From the IMG/VR virus record IMGVR_UViG_3300008216_000009, positions 31,607 to 95,606 of that record: a DNA stretch of 64,000 nt. One strand, given 5' to 3'. The position numbers were made by a program, and so were the translations under genes. This DNA is from a virus. The notes under the pieces were generated by a model. It did not search any database and was not told the DNA's origin. It saw only the letters and a list, made by a program, of their open reading frames with translations. Positions 45,701-55,103 of the stretch are shown in pieces (the first letter of the stretch is position 1; each line of letters opens with the position of its first letter).

Positions 45701-48185
45701 AAATGGGACAAATGAAATAGTTTCTTACACTGGAGTAAGTAGCAATACTCTTACAGGGGTAGTACGGGGAAGGGATGGTACAACTGCAGTAGCTCATGCT
45801 GACAATACTATAGTCAGCAGCCATGTGAAGGGGAGAAATCAGCAGGTACGTTATTTTTCTGCTCACTCATTTACCGTCACAGATATAGCTATTTCCGATC
45901 CAGTCGATACTACGGCGACTATAACAGTTGGTCATAATATGGATCCTACTGGATCATATGCAGTAGAAACTTTTTCGTTACAGTCTGGGGATCAGGTAAC
46001 GTTTACGGGTACTGATAGTACTCCAACAATTAATGCTCAATACACTATTACCAATGTTCTTACTCCGACAGAAGATAACACCTCTAAGTTCACCATAACT
46101 CATGGAGCAAATGTAACGGCGGTTGGTGGTGCAGGTACTTGTTTTGTGTTAAGTGGTTCTGGATTGGCTCTTTTCCCAACAGGTCAGGCTGCTGGGGATA
46201 TGGCATTCTTTGGTGCTCACGAGCCATTCACCCAGCTTCGTTTCCATATATACAATGGAGCCAGTCTGACTTCTACCGCTGAGTTTGCTGTGACATGGGA
46301 ATATTTTAATTATGCCTATGGTTGGAGTACCCTGCCGGACTTATTCGACGGAACTGATGGGTTTAAATGTGCCCCAGAGTCATTTGCAGAAGTCCATTGG
46401 AGCATGCCCAACAATTGGAGACCGGGGCAACCTGGAATGATAGACAACACCAGCAATACTGCTGGTGTTGATCATAGGGGAGATTGGGGGGCGGGTCAGA
46501 CGGGATTTTATGTGAGGGCAAGAATATCCACTGATAGCGGTACTGTGGGAGTGGTATCTGCGAGACAGATTTTATATGGACCTAATAATTGGGACAATGT
46601 AACTAAGGATACTGGAACCATAACTGGGGTGACTGATACTAGGCATTCATCTCCTCAGAAGTACGGTCTGACTTTGTCTTCTGGTAGTTTGGCTGGAGAC
46701 CATACTATTCAGATGCTTGGTTATTCGGTGGGTGATAGGCCGTCCGAGTTTGTGAATAAGGTAGTTGTACGTGGGCAGTCTGGTGCGTATGGGACTGCTG
46801 TAGATGATGAATCAGTCACTAATTTTCATGTAATAAGAGAGAAGAATTATTACGATACTACCATCACTAATTCTGTTCAGGCTGAACAACGTGCGAATAG
46901 GCTGTTAAATGCTCTTCGCCCTGGAGGGAGTATTGAGTCTATTAGAGAATGTCATGTTTCAACACAAAGTTGGCCTGTATATTCCTATAATGGTCATCCC
47001 CAGGCGGTTCAGGTTGGGGACCTTGTAAATATAGTGATTCCTATAAAAGGTATATATAACGAATCCTGGTTGCTTGCTTCTATAGCATATGATCCATTGG
47101 CTTCGGCGTGTCAGATGGTTCTTTATAGGGATTTAGATAGGGTCATAGAAGCGGGAGCAAGTGATAAGAAGGTTTTACGTGATCTCTCATCACGTACAAG
47201 AGAATTAGCCAGAGCATCTTTCACTACACTAGATACTGTAGTGGAACATGGCATGGATTTCCTCCCAGAGGGGCCGTCTAGGATAGTTGGACGTTTTTCA
47301 TATGACCCTGTAGGAACATTTGGTAGTGTTGTTACCAGTGGGGGCGGTGCCAGAGAACAGGCCGACGACTACCGTTGGAATTTTAATGTTTATTCAGATT
47401 ATGCGGCTGGAAAATCGGATCGAACTCAATTGAGAATTGATACTACCCAGGTTCGCCCAGATATTGTTGCTACTGGAACCAATGTTAGACAGGTTGATGG
47501 GGCTGGAATTACTCTATTGGGTAGGGAGCAGATAACGGGGGGCAGCAATGCTAATGATGCTGCACAGGAGGGATCTGGGTCTGGAGATAACATTGAGGGT
47601 GAGAATCTAAATGTTCCTTCTAATGCAGCAGAGCAGACTAGAAGGGATCATTTTTACCCAGAGGATAAAGAAGCGACCATATATCTCAGAACTCACGATC
47701 AAGCCGCAAATAGTGCGGGTTCTCAGCTTGGAAACGGTCTTTATGTAGCTCACAGGGGAATTTTTAACTACAGCGACTATGGGGATGATGACAATACTTC
47801 TACTTCGGCAGATGGGACGAGATTCCCAATTGACCTACATCATGAACTATTTGTAGGAGTTTCCGGGGTTGCTAGGGTTACCAACGGCAATAATGGAAAA
47901 GTTTCTCTATCTAAGATACTTCCTAATTTGAAATCTCGCCCCATGGTCTTTTTACAGGTTGAAACTAGCAGACATACGACCCAAGCTGGTTGTTATGCAG
48001 AGGTAGATAGCTGGGTCACAGCTACCGTAGATAGCAAGGTGGTATTCCAAGGTTTTAGGATAGCCGCTAAGACTGCCGATGGCACTGAGTATGATGAGAC
48101 TGATGGATCTGGACTAAATATTATGTATCTAGTGGTATTTAACTCTTCTAGAGGTGGTAGGCATTACGATGGCGGACTTGCATAG
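42705..48185 (+). CDS. tail tip / baseplate hub protein (1826 aa) with multiple inserted adhesion-like domains
   Basis: N-terminal IFSGRI.D.......L.ITCVDYL and later NKVVVRG...D..S...F...E...D..I.....AEQRA..LL...VGD.V hub motifs, separated by a large insertion. Confidence 0.8.
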   Translation: MAFSGTRFQRSGGRIVDGTDTVYPSNLTLKGSEGWITEDALVTVSISDSLGLRGRVCRVAISNPQNFKDNIYSVMHRVRVLDEFGLVIFSGRIVDIRPEFGRSELHITCVDYLGDISDRTVVADGDGGSYSGKSRTHIVNQILYNETYRNTALSFTVNSNVFLVYVDHIRTLLSRVKTDPSNYIEKLTSKYATKDNWTDDSVSTSGPGALNPDTPFKYDYRGIKTGLEAIQDLASADNQQDLMVLGTVSDTYVRPDLGINQATTFTRHWKDFTADINEGEAAFIPLHNSAAYNMLYIGSNSKFNGVTYTFHQRGNSMEDSDYGSMTWQYWDGTAWHNFTPHHDNNFEAIANDNYGYTAWDHTRLYNWQRRDLAATKDLALNFGAGTNYVYDTSANTDKATSNINSSGVLVKGDEVESEGFDEDMGVSAGTAHGLVDSTYRYWVRVGVASITTRGRIATLKLYTDRSDSTDSRRGIKTLVRDFRSTDSVFPDAIWKYTTPTDADMDAGGTWSDEGRNTSNVRVLWSDGNSESSTFCASRQEKWFLGTEEPHSGFELHATQGSKLSISFIGTSTGDDIKISTDDVHGLATGDYVLIAGSDCEPIIDNFLGKITNDAGTSVDSKPYAVTVVNTTTFTIDITASITGDLTVTESGESGFVVTGIPNYSQYLGWYYWDATNGDWQNWDTGSAGTTATINVDSSSGNGLDREHWTWDRGAPGPIPHWYAEVRFNTRTMATGGMADNIKEDFGINTPMAHSGLNFDQDYRVSPFAGDSTEFLPSIAVTIASVADTGDTTRLTTSAAHTLKVGDWVKLSSTGTTPKIDGIYEISAINQASGTNFDIRDLAVTGTGAVTCTGYTYPPNGKSLYWTKIQWLTPTAPTNPAELVSIRTADQAHLKYYDRGKEPWKVNRGTASTFTATAAGRYGWAGTASSCQTPLDFFAMHDASTNLLESNSLSLSAVSMLSGSHTDSVTTLTLESGSAFYTQANADFPTTGSVELYDPTNGTNEIVSYTGVSSNTLTGVVRGRDGTTAVAHADNTIVSSHVKGRNQQVRYFSAHSFTVTDIAISDPVDTTATITVGHNMDPTGSYAVETFSLQSGDQVTFTGTDSTPTINAQYTITNVLTPTEDNTSKFTITHGANVTAVGGAGTCFVLSGSGLALFPTGQAAGDMAFFGAHEPFTQLRFHIYNGASLTSTAEFAVTWEYFNYAYGWSTLPDLFDGTDGFKCAPESFAEVHWSMPNNWRPGQPGMIDNTSNTAGVDHRGDWGAGQTGFYVRARISTDSGTVGVVSARQILYGPNNWDNVTKDTGTITGVTDTRHSSPQKYGLTLSSGSLAGDHTIQMLGYSVGDRPSEFVNKVVVRGQSGAYGTAVDDESVTNFHVIREKNYYDTTITNSVQAEQRANRLLNALRPGGSIESIRECHVSTQSWPVYSYNGHPQAVQVGDLVNIVIPIKGIYNESWLLASIAYDPLASACQMVLYRDLDRVIEAGASDKKVLRDLSSRTRELARASFTTLDTVVEHGMDFLPEGPSRIVGRFSYDPVGTFGSVVTSGGGAREQADDYRWNFNVYSDYAAGKSDRTQLRIDTTQVRPDIVATGTNVRQVDGAGITLLGREQITGGSNANDAAQEGSGSGDNIEGENLNVPSNAAEQTRRDHFYPEDKEATIYLRTHDQAANSAGSQLGNGLYVAHRGIFNYSDYGDDDNTSTSADGTRFPIDLHHELFVGVSGVARVTNGNNGKVSLSKILPNLKSRPMVFLQVETSRHTTQAGCYAEVDSWVTATVDSKVVFQGFRIAAKTADGTEYDETDGSGLNIMYLVVFNSSRGGRHYDGGLA

Positions 48186-48396
48186 AACGTTTCCTCAAAG
48201 GGTCAGTGGGGTTCGAAGGGTACGTCGCAAAGAGTACCCAATTGAGATGAGGGCGGCTAATTCTGCATCACAGTCCGCTGAGAAGGGTACGGAGTTATGG
48301 GACTCCCTGTATAAGGCAAAAATTCTGGAGTACAGGCTGGATAAAAAGATCTCAGTAATGAAGGATGCCGCAGATTCTATACGACTAAATGGATAA
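48154..48396 (+). CDS. hypothetical protein
   Basis: Short basic ORF ending the structural operon; start probably at MADLH. Confidence 0.5.
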   Translation: MVGITMADLHRTFPQRVSGVRRVRRKEYPIEMRAANSASQSAEKGTELWDSLYKAKILEYRLDKKISVMKDAADSIRLNG

Positions 48397-48406
48397 AAGA
48401 AGGTGC

Positions 48407-48435
48407 TTGACACGTGATCTAGCTTCAGGTATGAT
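48407..48435 (+). promoter_or_regulatory. sigma70-type promoter TTGACA-N17-TATGAT for the replication operon
   Basis: TTGACA 48407-48412, TATGAT 48430-48435, intergenic, preceded by GTGC as in the 905 promoter. Confidence 0.85.
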
Positions 48436-48520
48436 GCCCGTAACAAAACTTTAGAAATAGGCAAATTCGAGCACAACACATAATTGTGCTTCTATGCCGT
48501 AAATCAAAGAAAAGGCAACT

Positions 48521-49816
48521 ATGCTAGAGCCATCTCAGGCTGAGAAGATACTACTCTCTTCGATTCAGACCCCTACCCACCTCTACTCTCTTCAGCAAAA
48601 GTATGGTATTACGTCTGAATCGTTTTTCTATTTCCAAGAACCAGCAAAATTTATTTTTGATTACATAATTGATCAGGGTTCTGCTCCCACTCCCACGCTA
48701 ATCTCCTCGACTTTTGCGAATACGGCTACGCCGTTTGACCCCGCCCCCATAGATAATTTCGACTACATTGCACAGCAATATGCCACGATAAATACTCGTC
48801 AAAAAGCATACATGGCAATTGCAACTGCCCAAAAATGGCTCCAAGAGTCTCCTAATGACGGCGTGATGCTGCTCTCAAAGACTTTGGAGCGAATAGCAAA
48901 GCCAGATACCACCCATAGATCCTCTCTTGAACGTACTACTGAGAGTCGATGGCAGTCGTACTTGGCTAGAAGGGATGATGAAACGGTGAATCGGATAAAA
49001 ACTGGAATACAACCGCTAGATGAGAACAACATCTGGCTACAGAAACAGCAATTAGTTGGCATTCAAGCTGACACTAAGATTGGTAAATCCTGGATAGCGT
49101 GGAAATGTGCTTCCCAAGCATTTGAAGAGGGGCATAAAGTTCTACTTATTAGCCCCGAATTATCGGCTTTGGAAATGGGCATACGCTCAGATGTAATTTT
49201 GTCTACGTTATTTGGATATACACTGTCGTATCAAGCTATACAGAGGGGTGATCCTTCGATTGGTGATGAGTATAAATCTTATCTAGAGTCTATTTCGGCA
49301 AACAAAGAAGACCGATGGATACAATACGACCAAGTTTTCAACCTGAAGCCATCTCCGTCAGAGTTGGACACGGTTATCACTCAAGAATCGCCTGATGTTG
49401 TAATTGTAGACGGTATATATCTATTGCGATCTGATGAGAAGTTAACTGCTGCGTGGGAACAAATTAGAAGCATTTCAATAAGTTTAAAATCTCTGGCGGT
49501 GAAACATAATGTACTCGTATATGCGACAAATCAAATTAATAGACATGGTGCTCAAAAAAGTCAGGACAATGATGGAGAACCGCCCCCGCCTACAGATACC
49601 GCATACGGTTTCGATTTTGCCCGGACTGTTGACATTCTCTTTGGAGTTGGGGCTAGATCGCTTGAGGACACAACTCGCAAAATTAATGTTCCACTTGCCC
49701 GGTCTGGGCCGAGCTTTAATGACAGCTTTGAGATCACCTTTGTACCCGATCAAGGCGACATTGGGCGTACAGTTTCAAGTGCTCCTCCGAATCTTATTGA
49801 TAGTTCTGAGTGGTAG
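48521..49816 (+). CDS. dnaB: DnaB-like replicative helicase
   Basis: IKTG...LD, Walker A ADTKIGKS, ISPEL, Walker B VIVDGIYLL, LK.LA.K.N..V...NQ.NR. Confidence 0.9.
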   Translation: MLEPSQAEKILLSSIQTPTHLYSLQQKYGITSESFFYFQEPAKFIFDYIIDQGSAPTPTLISSTFANTATPFDPAPIDNFDYIAQQYATINTRQKAYMAIATAQKWLQESPNDGVMLLSKTLERIAKPDTTHRSSLERTTESRWQSYLARRDDETVNRIKTGIQPLDENNIWLQKQQLVGIQADTKIGKSWIAWKCASQAFEEGHKVLLISPELSALEMGIRSDVILSTLFGYTLSYQAIQRGDPSIGDEYKSYLESISANKEDRWIQYDQVFNLKPSPSELDTVITQESPDVVIVDGIYLLRSDEKLTAAWEQIRSISISLKSLAVKHNVLVYATNQINRHGAQKSQDNDGEPPPPTDTAYGFDFARTVDILFGVGARSLEDTTRKINVPLARSGPSFNDSFEITFVPDQGDIGRTVSSAPPNLIDSSEW

Positions 49817-49988
49817 TCTTTATTTATCTATAGTTGGTTTTATTGTTTGGGGGTCATTTTGGATAGCGGGGGAGGAAAATATTTATTTGGGGATAATTGC
49901 AGGGACATTCTTTTTTAGTGTGTTAACACTAAGTGTGTCTCTTTTGATATTGGCAGTTTTGGGACGGGTGCAGAATGACAATACGTGA
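49797..49988 (+). CDS. small two-TM membrane protein, start uncertain
   Basis: 3' part of ORF 49509-49988 fills the dnaB-primase gap and encodes two hydrophobic helices. Confidence 0.45.
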   Translation: MIVLSGSLYLSIVGFIVWGSFWIAGEENIYLGIIAGTFFFSVLTLSVSLLILAVLGRVQNDNT

Positions 49989-50895
49989 ATTTCTCTCACA
50001 AATAGCTCAATTGAAAGTTGCTAAGTCAACTGGAGATGAGGTTCTGGCCTATTGCCCCTGGCATGATGATCAGAATGCGTCTCTAGCTATAAATCATGTC
50101 AAGGGCATGTTCCACTGTTTTTCGGGTTGCGTGAAGGGGTCTGGGGGGCTTCTTAGCCTGTTTGAGAAGTTGGATGAAACTGGAGTGGTGGCGAATAAGT
50201 ATCTAACGCTGTTTGCAGCCGACATATCTAATTTCATGCCAGTAATTGATTTTGATCATGATGCTGATATTGAGTCCGATGACGGTTACGATGTGATGTC
50301 GTTGCCGTTAGCAGAGAAAAACGAGTATTTGATGGGACGAGGAATTACGGATGAGACTGTTCGTAGGTTTGACCTCCGATATCATGCCGATGATGACTGT
50401 ATTGTTATACCGATTTGTATGAGAGGAGAGTTGATTGGTTATATTCGTCGCAATATAAGCTCTAATCCCAAATACCTAAATTCCAATAGTCTGCCAAGGG
50501 ACATACTCATCTATCCGTTTGATTTGTTTGAACCTAACAGTAGCACGGTGTACGTTTGTGAGGGACCGTTTGATGCTATTAAGGCCCACCAATTAGGGCT
50601 TAGAAATACGGTCTGCACTCTGGGTGGAGTGATTTCTGACAATCAGTGTAGGTTGCTGGGAGAGTTAGGGAGTCACATAGTCCTATGTGTGGACAAGGAT
50701 GATTCGGGTGTGCGTATCACCGAAACAAATACTAAAAAATTAGTAGGTAAATATGGGTTTTCTGTTGACTACACAACCGCTCCGGGACAGGCAAAAGATT
50801 TTGGAGATGCGGTTGATTTAAGTAATTTAAAAATCATAAGTCCATACGAATTAAAAGCAATAAACAGAGATCTGGAATACATAATAAGGAGCTAA
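49975..50895 (+). CDS. dnaG: DnaG-type primase (CHC2 zinc finger + TOPRIM)
   Basis: CPWHDD..AS...FHCFSGC, YL..RGI, PKYLNS, VCEGPFDA, D.DDSG. Confidence 0.95.
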   Translation: MTIREFLSQIAQLKVAKSTGDEVLAYCPWHDDQNASLAINHVKGMFHCFSGCVKGSGGLLSLFEKLDETGVVANKYLTLFAADISNFMPVIDFDHDADIESDDGYDVMSLPLAEKNEYLMGRGITDETVRRFDLRYHADDDCIVIPICMRGELIGYIRRNISSNPKYLNSNSLPRDILIYPFDLFEPNSSTVYVCEGPFDAIKAHQLGLRNTVCTLGGVISDNQCRLLGELGSHIVLCVDKDDSGVRITETNTKKLVGKYGFSVDYTTAPGQAKDFGDAVDLSNLKIISPYELKAINRDLEYIIRS

Positions 50896-50897
50896 AA

Positions 50898-51926
50898 ATG
50901 CCATTGATGGATGAGTTTGAAAAAAGAGGATCTACTTCAAGAGGCGGCGGCGGTTCGAGTGCTAATCAGATGTGGATGCATGAGGTGCGCCCCAGAAATG
51001 TAGGGGAATTTGCGGTCATTAGATTTATTTCCCCATTTGGAAACCCAAAGGGGGGCGATACACCTAAAAATATACTGGCAGATGAATCATTTTATATGTA
51101 CCACGCTGGTCAGAGTGCTGCAGGTAAGCGGTTCACGGATTATCTGTACTGCGGGGATCTGAACCAGGACTCCACGGGTCATGTGATTGAACCCAGTAAA
51201 TGTCGCTGCCAGCTACTTGGGTATGATGAGCCGCCTTGTTATGTGGATGGAAAACCATCTAGGAATAGTAATGGTACTCCTGACGGATTTAACTCTGCGG
51301 TGAAACAGCGGTATCACTATTGGGTTCTGCACTACTATTCCTTCCATCTCTCTCAGAATCCAGCCGTAGATGAGAATAGTTCAGATTATAACGCTCCATG
51401 GGCAGTCTCTCGCAGAGAATCGGGGGAAGTGGATGTTTGGGACGAGATGCAGGTGGGCAGTAAAACATATTACAGAGAGACTGTCATGAAGCCGCAATTG
51501 TTGAAAATCGCCCGTCCTACAAGGGAGAGTCTACGTACTCATGCCGAGAGGTATGGAGATATAACTACCAAAGTCTACGAGTTCCACAAGCAACAGGATT
51601 CAAGTGGGCGGGGGTTTATTAACTATCCTGTGTTCCCAAGCGATATTGAGGTTCCTAAACTCGGCAAGGAACGTGTACAAGAGGCTATCAAAGATCTGCC
51701 TCGTTTAGACAGGATAGCCTCTGGTCAGATCCAGGGGCTAGATTTAGTAGCCTTTACGGTGGAAGACAAAGAGGCACACCAGGAAGCGATGGATAAGATT
51801 TCAGACTCTCTGCCTGATGTTTCAGAGGAAATTAAACAGCCAGATGAGTCGGAGGAATCTGATACGGGGACCGATCCGTTCTCAACAATGGGCAATACTG
51901 ATACTGAAGTCCTTGAAGATTTTTAA
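50898..51926 (+). CDS. single-stranded DNA-binding protein (gp32-like, putative)
   Basis: Position in replication operon, IRF...H...C...C motif, acidic tail ending EVLEDF. Confidence 0.65.
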   Translation: MPLMDEFEKRGSTSRGGGGSSANQMWMHEVRPRNVGEFAVIRFISPFGNPKGGDTPKNILADESFYMYHAGQSAAGKRFTDYLYCGDLNQDSTGHVIEPSKCRCQLLGYDEPPCYVDGKPSRNSNGTPDGFNSAVKQRYHYWVLHYYSFHLSQNPAVDENSSDYNAPWAVSRRESGEVDVWDEMQVGSKTYYRETVMKPQLLKIARPTRESLRTHAERYGDITTKVYEFHKQQDSSGRGFINYPVFPSDIEVPKLGKERVQEAIKDLPRLDRIASGQIQGLDLVAFTVEDKEAHQEAMDKISDSLPDVSEEIKQPDESEESDTGTDPFSTMGNTDTEVLEDF

Positions 51927-51950
51927 AAAGGGAAATGAGGTAAAAATACT

Positions 51951-52301
51951 ATGTCTAAAGTGAGTGTGACGTTAGGTTTGACGCTAAAGATGAACAGCGG
52001 CGGGGGTTACAACTTCTTCCGCCCGGAGATAACTATCTCAGATATTGAAACTGAGACGGATATCGCTCCTCAGATTGAGAGGAGTTTGGCTGCTATCAAG
52101 GAGGTGTGGGCAGCTATTGAAGAGAACATGGATACGATTGTGGATTCTTCTGAATTGGCTGAGAAGCCTTCGGCCTTGACAGAGATTCATCGACGTATAG
52201 CCGAATTTGAAGCAGATGTGAGCGAGTTGAAGACTCGACTTGCTGCTGGTGATGGAGCAGTCATGAGCGTATCTGACAGTGATAAGGATACAGATTGGTA
52301 A
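51951..52301 (+). CDS. hypothetical phage protein
   Basis: KVSVTLG.T.....YN..R.EI motif common in phage replication regions; C-terminal coiled coil. Confidence 0.65.
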   Translation: MSKVSVTLGLTLKMNSGGGYNFFRPEITISDIETETDIAPQIERSLAAIKEVWAAIEENMDTIVDSSELAEKPSALTEIHRRIAEFEADVSELKTRLAAGDGAVMSVSDSDKDTDW

Positions 52302-53374
52302 AAATAGATAGAACTCTTTTACATAGTAGCCTGAGCTACATCAACACCAATTCCAAAAAGCAAAAAAATGAGGCATTGGTGGGCCAGGTTTCTGATGGAA
52401 TTTTACGGCTTTGGCAACCCGGATTCGTCCGAGTATGGGATGCCATACCTGTGGAAGAGTCGGAGCCTATGTTTTTCACAGTTGAATGTGACAAGCTCAC
52501 TAAGATTGTGAATGCCTGTACCAGTAGTGTTATTTCGATGTCTGTCAAGGATAAGAAATTAAATATTTCCTTCGGTAAATCGAGAGTACGATTACCGTTT
52601 CTTGAGAGCGTGGAAACTGGAGTTGATCCTCCTCCCGACACTGTAAGTCAGATTGTGGTTGGGAACGATTTTATACACTCTCTTAGCCAGGGTCTGAATT
52701 TCTTGGCTAGAACTGAGCATGCTCCGGCTCTTACCTGTTATTACGTTTCTCCTTTATCCTCTGGATTGTTGAGGATAACTGCGAGCGATGCGATGAAATT
52801 GTATATATCAGACCTTGAGTATGATGATGCTCAAACGTTTGAGTCCTTTTTGCTCCCTAGGGAGTGTGGACTCCTCATGACCAAGATATTTTCTAGGTCT
52901 AAAGAGATATCTATAGGTCTTACGGAGAGGGGAATATTAGTTTTGTCCGAGGTGGGGAGTGAGAGAGTCGTAGTTTCTCCCCCTTACAGTGGGAAATATC
53001 CAGATATGTCCAGATTGATAGATGAATCGTCTGATAAACTTTTTAAGGCCAATAAGAAAGAGCTTCAGAACATGCTTCAGCTTGTCAATATTACATCAGA
53101 TATGAAGCAGGTCAGATTTAGTCAGGTGAATAGTAGTTTGGAACTGTATGCTACTAAGTCTCAGATTGAGACTGATTTGGTGCTGAACAATGTGGAGATT
53201 TTCAAGGAATTTGACGACATGAACTTCAATGCCGAGTTTTTTGGTGCGTGTGTAGCTGCGGTGGATGGAGATGATGTAATTATTAGCAACGCCAATGAAC
53301 GAATGAAAGCATACAGGATTGACAATGACGAAAGACAAGAATCCTATTGTCTCGTCCAAGCCCTATCAAGTTGA
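52295..53374 (+). CDS. dnaN: DNA sliding clamp (beta subunit-like)
   Basis: 359 aa three-domain size; ASDAMKL (cf. ATDGHRL), GKYPD..RLI, FNAEFF. Confidence 0.8.
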   Translation: MVKIDRTLLHSSLSYINTNSKKQKNEALVGQVSDGILRLWQPGFVRVWDAIPVEESEPMFFTVECDKLTKIVNACTSSVISMSVKDKKLNISFGKSRVRLPFLESVETGVDPPPDTVSQIVVGNDFIHSLSQGLNFLARTEHAPALTCYYVSPLSSGLLRITASDAMKLYISDLEYDDAQTFESFLLPRECGLLMTKIFSRSKEISIGLTERGILVLSEVGSERVVVSPPYSGKYPDMSRLIDESSDKLFKANKKELQNMLQLVNITSDMKQVRFSQVNSSLELYATKSQIETDLVLNNVEIFKEFDDMNFNAEFFGACVAAVDGDDVIISNANERMKAYRIDNDERQESYCLVQALSS

Positions 53375-55103
53375 GAATCTTGATCTTTTAAAGACTGAGA
53401 TTTTAAACAGCCATGATGATTATGTGGCGGTGGACACTGAGACTTCGGGATTAAATTGGACAGTAGACAGGGCGTTCGGGGTAGCATTTGCCTGGGATGA
53501 CCGATCTACCTTTATTAGAAACTCTACGTTTGGCGTAGAGAAGATAGGCATTCTCCTCAGGGATCTTTTTGCCTGTGATGGCAAGACTTTCGTCTATCAC
53601 AATGCAGAATTCGATTTGCATATGATACGGGAAACTTACGGTGTTGCTCCCTCCAAGAATGTTATTGATACGCTACGTGTTTCCCATTTGCTCAACTCTT
53701 CTACCAGCAATGCCTTGAAGACGTGGGGAGAGGAGAACTACGGCATTGCAGCTACATATCACGAAGATTTGGTATCTGAGTATTTGAAGCAGTACAAATT
53801 AAAGAGTTATGAGCATGTTCCTGCGGAGGTGATGGATCCATATGCAGCGAATGACACTGTTTTAACGAAAGCTCTTGCCTATAAATATGTACCTGTAGTG
53901 AAGAAACAAGCTGGAAGATTATTTGATCTGGAAATGAAGTTGATCCCTGTGGTAATGGATATGGAACGAGAGGGTATCCTGATTGACCAGGAGTACATAC
54001 AGGAGCTACAACAACGGGTTGTAGACCGTCAGAGAGGTCTGACCGATCAAATATATAAGGTAATTGGAAAACCTATAGATATAGGGTCTAGCAAGCAGCT
54101 AGGGAATTATTTCTATGATCGTTTGAATATAGGTAAATCAATCGATAAAAAGAATAATAAAAGTGTCTTTATCACAGAAAAAGGGAATTGGTCTACAGGT
54201 GAGAAGGCTTTAAAGGCTATCAGGCATACTGAGGGGTCCGTGGTAGCTCAGTATTTGTTGAAATGGAGAGAGCTTGAAAAGGTAAATAATACTTATTTAC
54301 GTTCTTATCTTAGGCTTGTCCATAACGGTAGAATCCATGCTCGATGGAATGCATGCGGCACTATTACGGGGCGATTTTCTGGATCTAATCCAAATCTTAT
54401 GCAGGTTCCTAAGGATCCCAAGATTCGTAGAATATTCATTCCAGATGAATTGTTTATAGACATGGACTTCAGCCAGATTGAATTGAAATTGATGGCCCAT
54501 GTTTCCAAGCAAGGCAGTATGATTGATGCTTTTGTTGCTGGACATGATATGCATTCTTATACTGCGGCTCAGATACTGAACAAGCCCATAGACCAGATAG
54601 ACAAAGATAGCAATGAGAGGAAAGTAGCCAAGGCCATTAATTTTGGGGTTATTTATGGCATTGGAACGAAGGGTTTAGCCGATCTTGCGGAAATACCAAT
54701 GAGTTCAGCCAAAAGGTATTTGAATGTTTATTGGGATAGTTATCCGAGTATAAGATCATATTTTGATGAGCAAAAGGCATCTGCCGAAAAGAATGGGTAT
54801 GTCCACACATTATTTGGTCGTAGGATTTCAGTGACCGACAGATTCCACGCTGCTCCGAATTATGTCATCCAGGGGACTGGGGGAGATATGATGAAGTTGA
54901 GCCTCTATAAGGCTTGGCTTTACGTGAAGAGTGTTGGTGGGTCTATACGGAACACTATCCACGATCAAATTTTATATGATGGGATGGATATCAAGCATGT
55001 GGAGCCTCTTCGAGAGATAATGCAGGATTATAGTTTTTCGATGCCTATAACAGTAGACGTTCAGACTTCCAAGAAAAGCTGGGGAGATTTATATGACAAC
55101 TAA
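53319..55103 (+). CDS. polA: family A DNA polymerase with 3'-5' exonuclease
   Basis: Exo AVDTETSGL, HNAEFD, YAAND; TGRFS...PNL.Q.P, motif A DFSQIE, motif B R..AK.INFG.IYG, motif C IHDQ. Confidence 0.97.
   Translation: MTMTKDKNPIVSSKPYQVENLDLLKTEILNSHDDYVAVDTETSGLNWTVDRAFGVAFAWDDRSTFIRNSTFGVEKIGILLRDLFACDGKTFVYHNAEFDLHMIRETYGVAPSKNVIDTLRVSHLLNSSTSNALKTWGEENYGIAATYHEDLVSEYLKQYKLKSYEHVPAEVMDPYAANDTVLTKALAYKYVPVVKKQAGRLFDLEMKLIPVVMDMEREGILIDQEYIQELQQRVVDRQRGLTDQIYKVIGKPIDIGSSKQLGNYFYDRLNIGKSIDKKNNKSVFITEKGNWSTGEKALKAIRHTEGSVVAQYLLKWRELEKVNNTYLRSYLRLVHNGRIHARWNACGTITGRFSGSNPNLMQVPKDPKIRRIFIPDELFIDMDFSQIELKLMAHVSKQGSMIDAFVAGHDMHSYTAAQILNKPIDQIDKDSNERKVAKAINFGVIYGIGTKGLADLAEIPMSSAKRYLNVYWDSYPSIRSYFDEQKASAEKNGYVHTLFGRRISVTDRFHAAPNYVIQGTGGDMMKLSLYKAWLYVKSVGGSIRNTIHDQILYDGMDIKHVEPLREIMQDYSFSMPITVDVQTSKKSWGDLYDN

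Noticed and set aside
49509-49796. 5' part of ORF 49509-49988 as a real overlapping gene
   Set aside because: It overlaps the conserved dnaB C-terminus in another frame; only the hydrophobic 3' part in the intergenic gap looks genuine.
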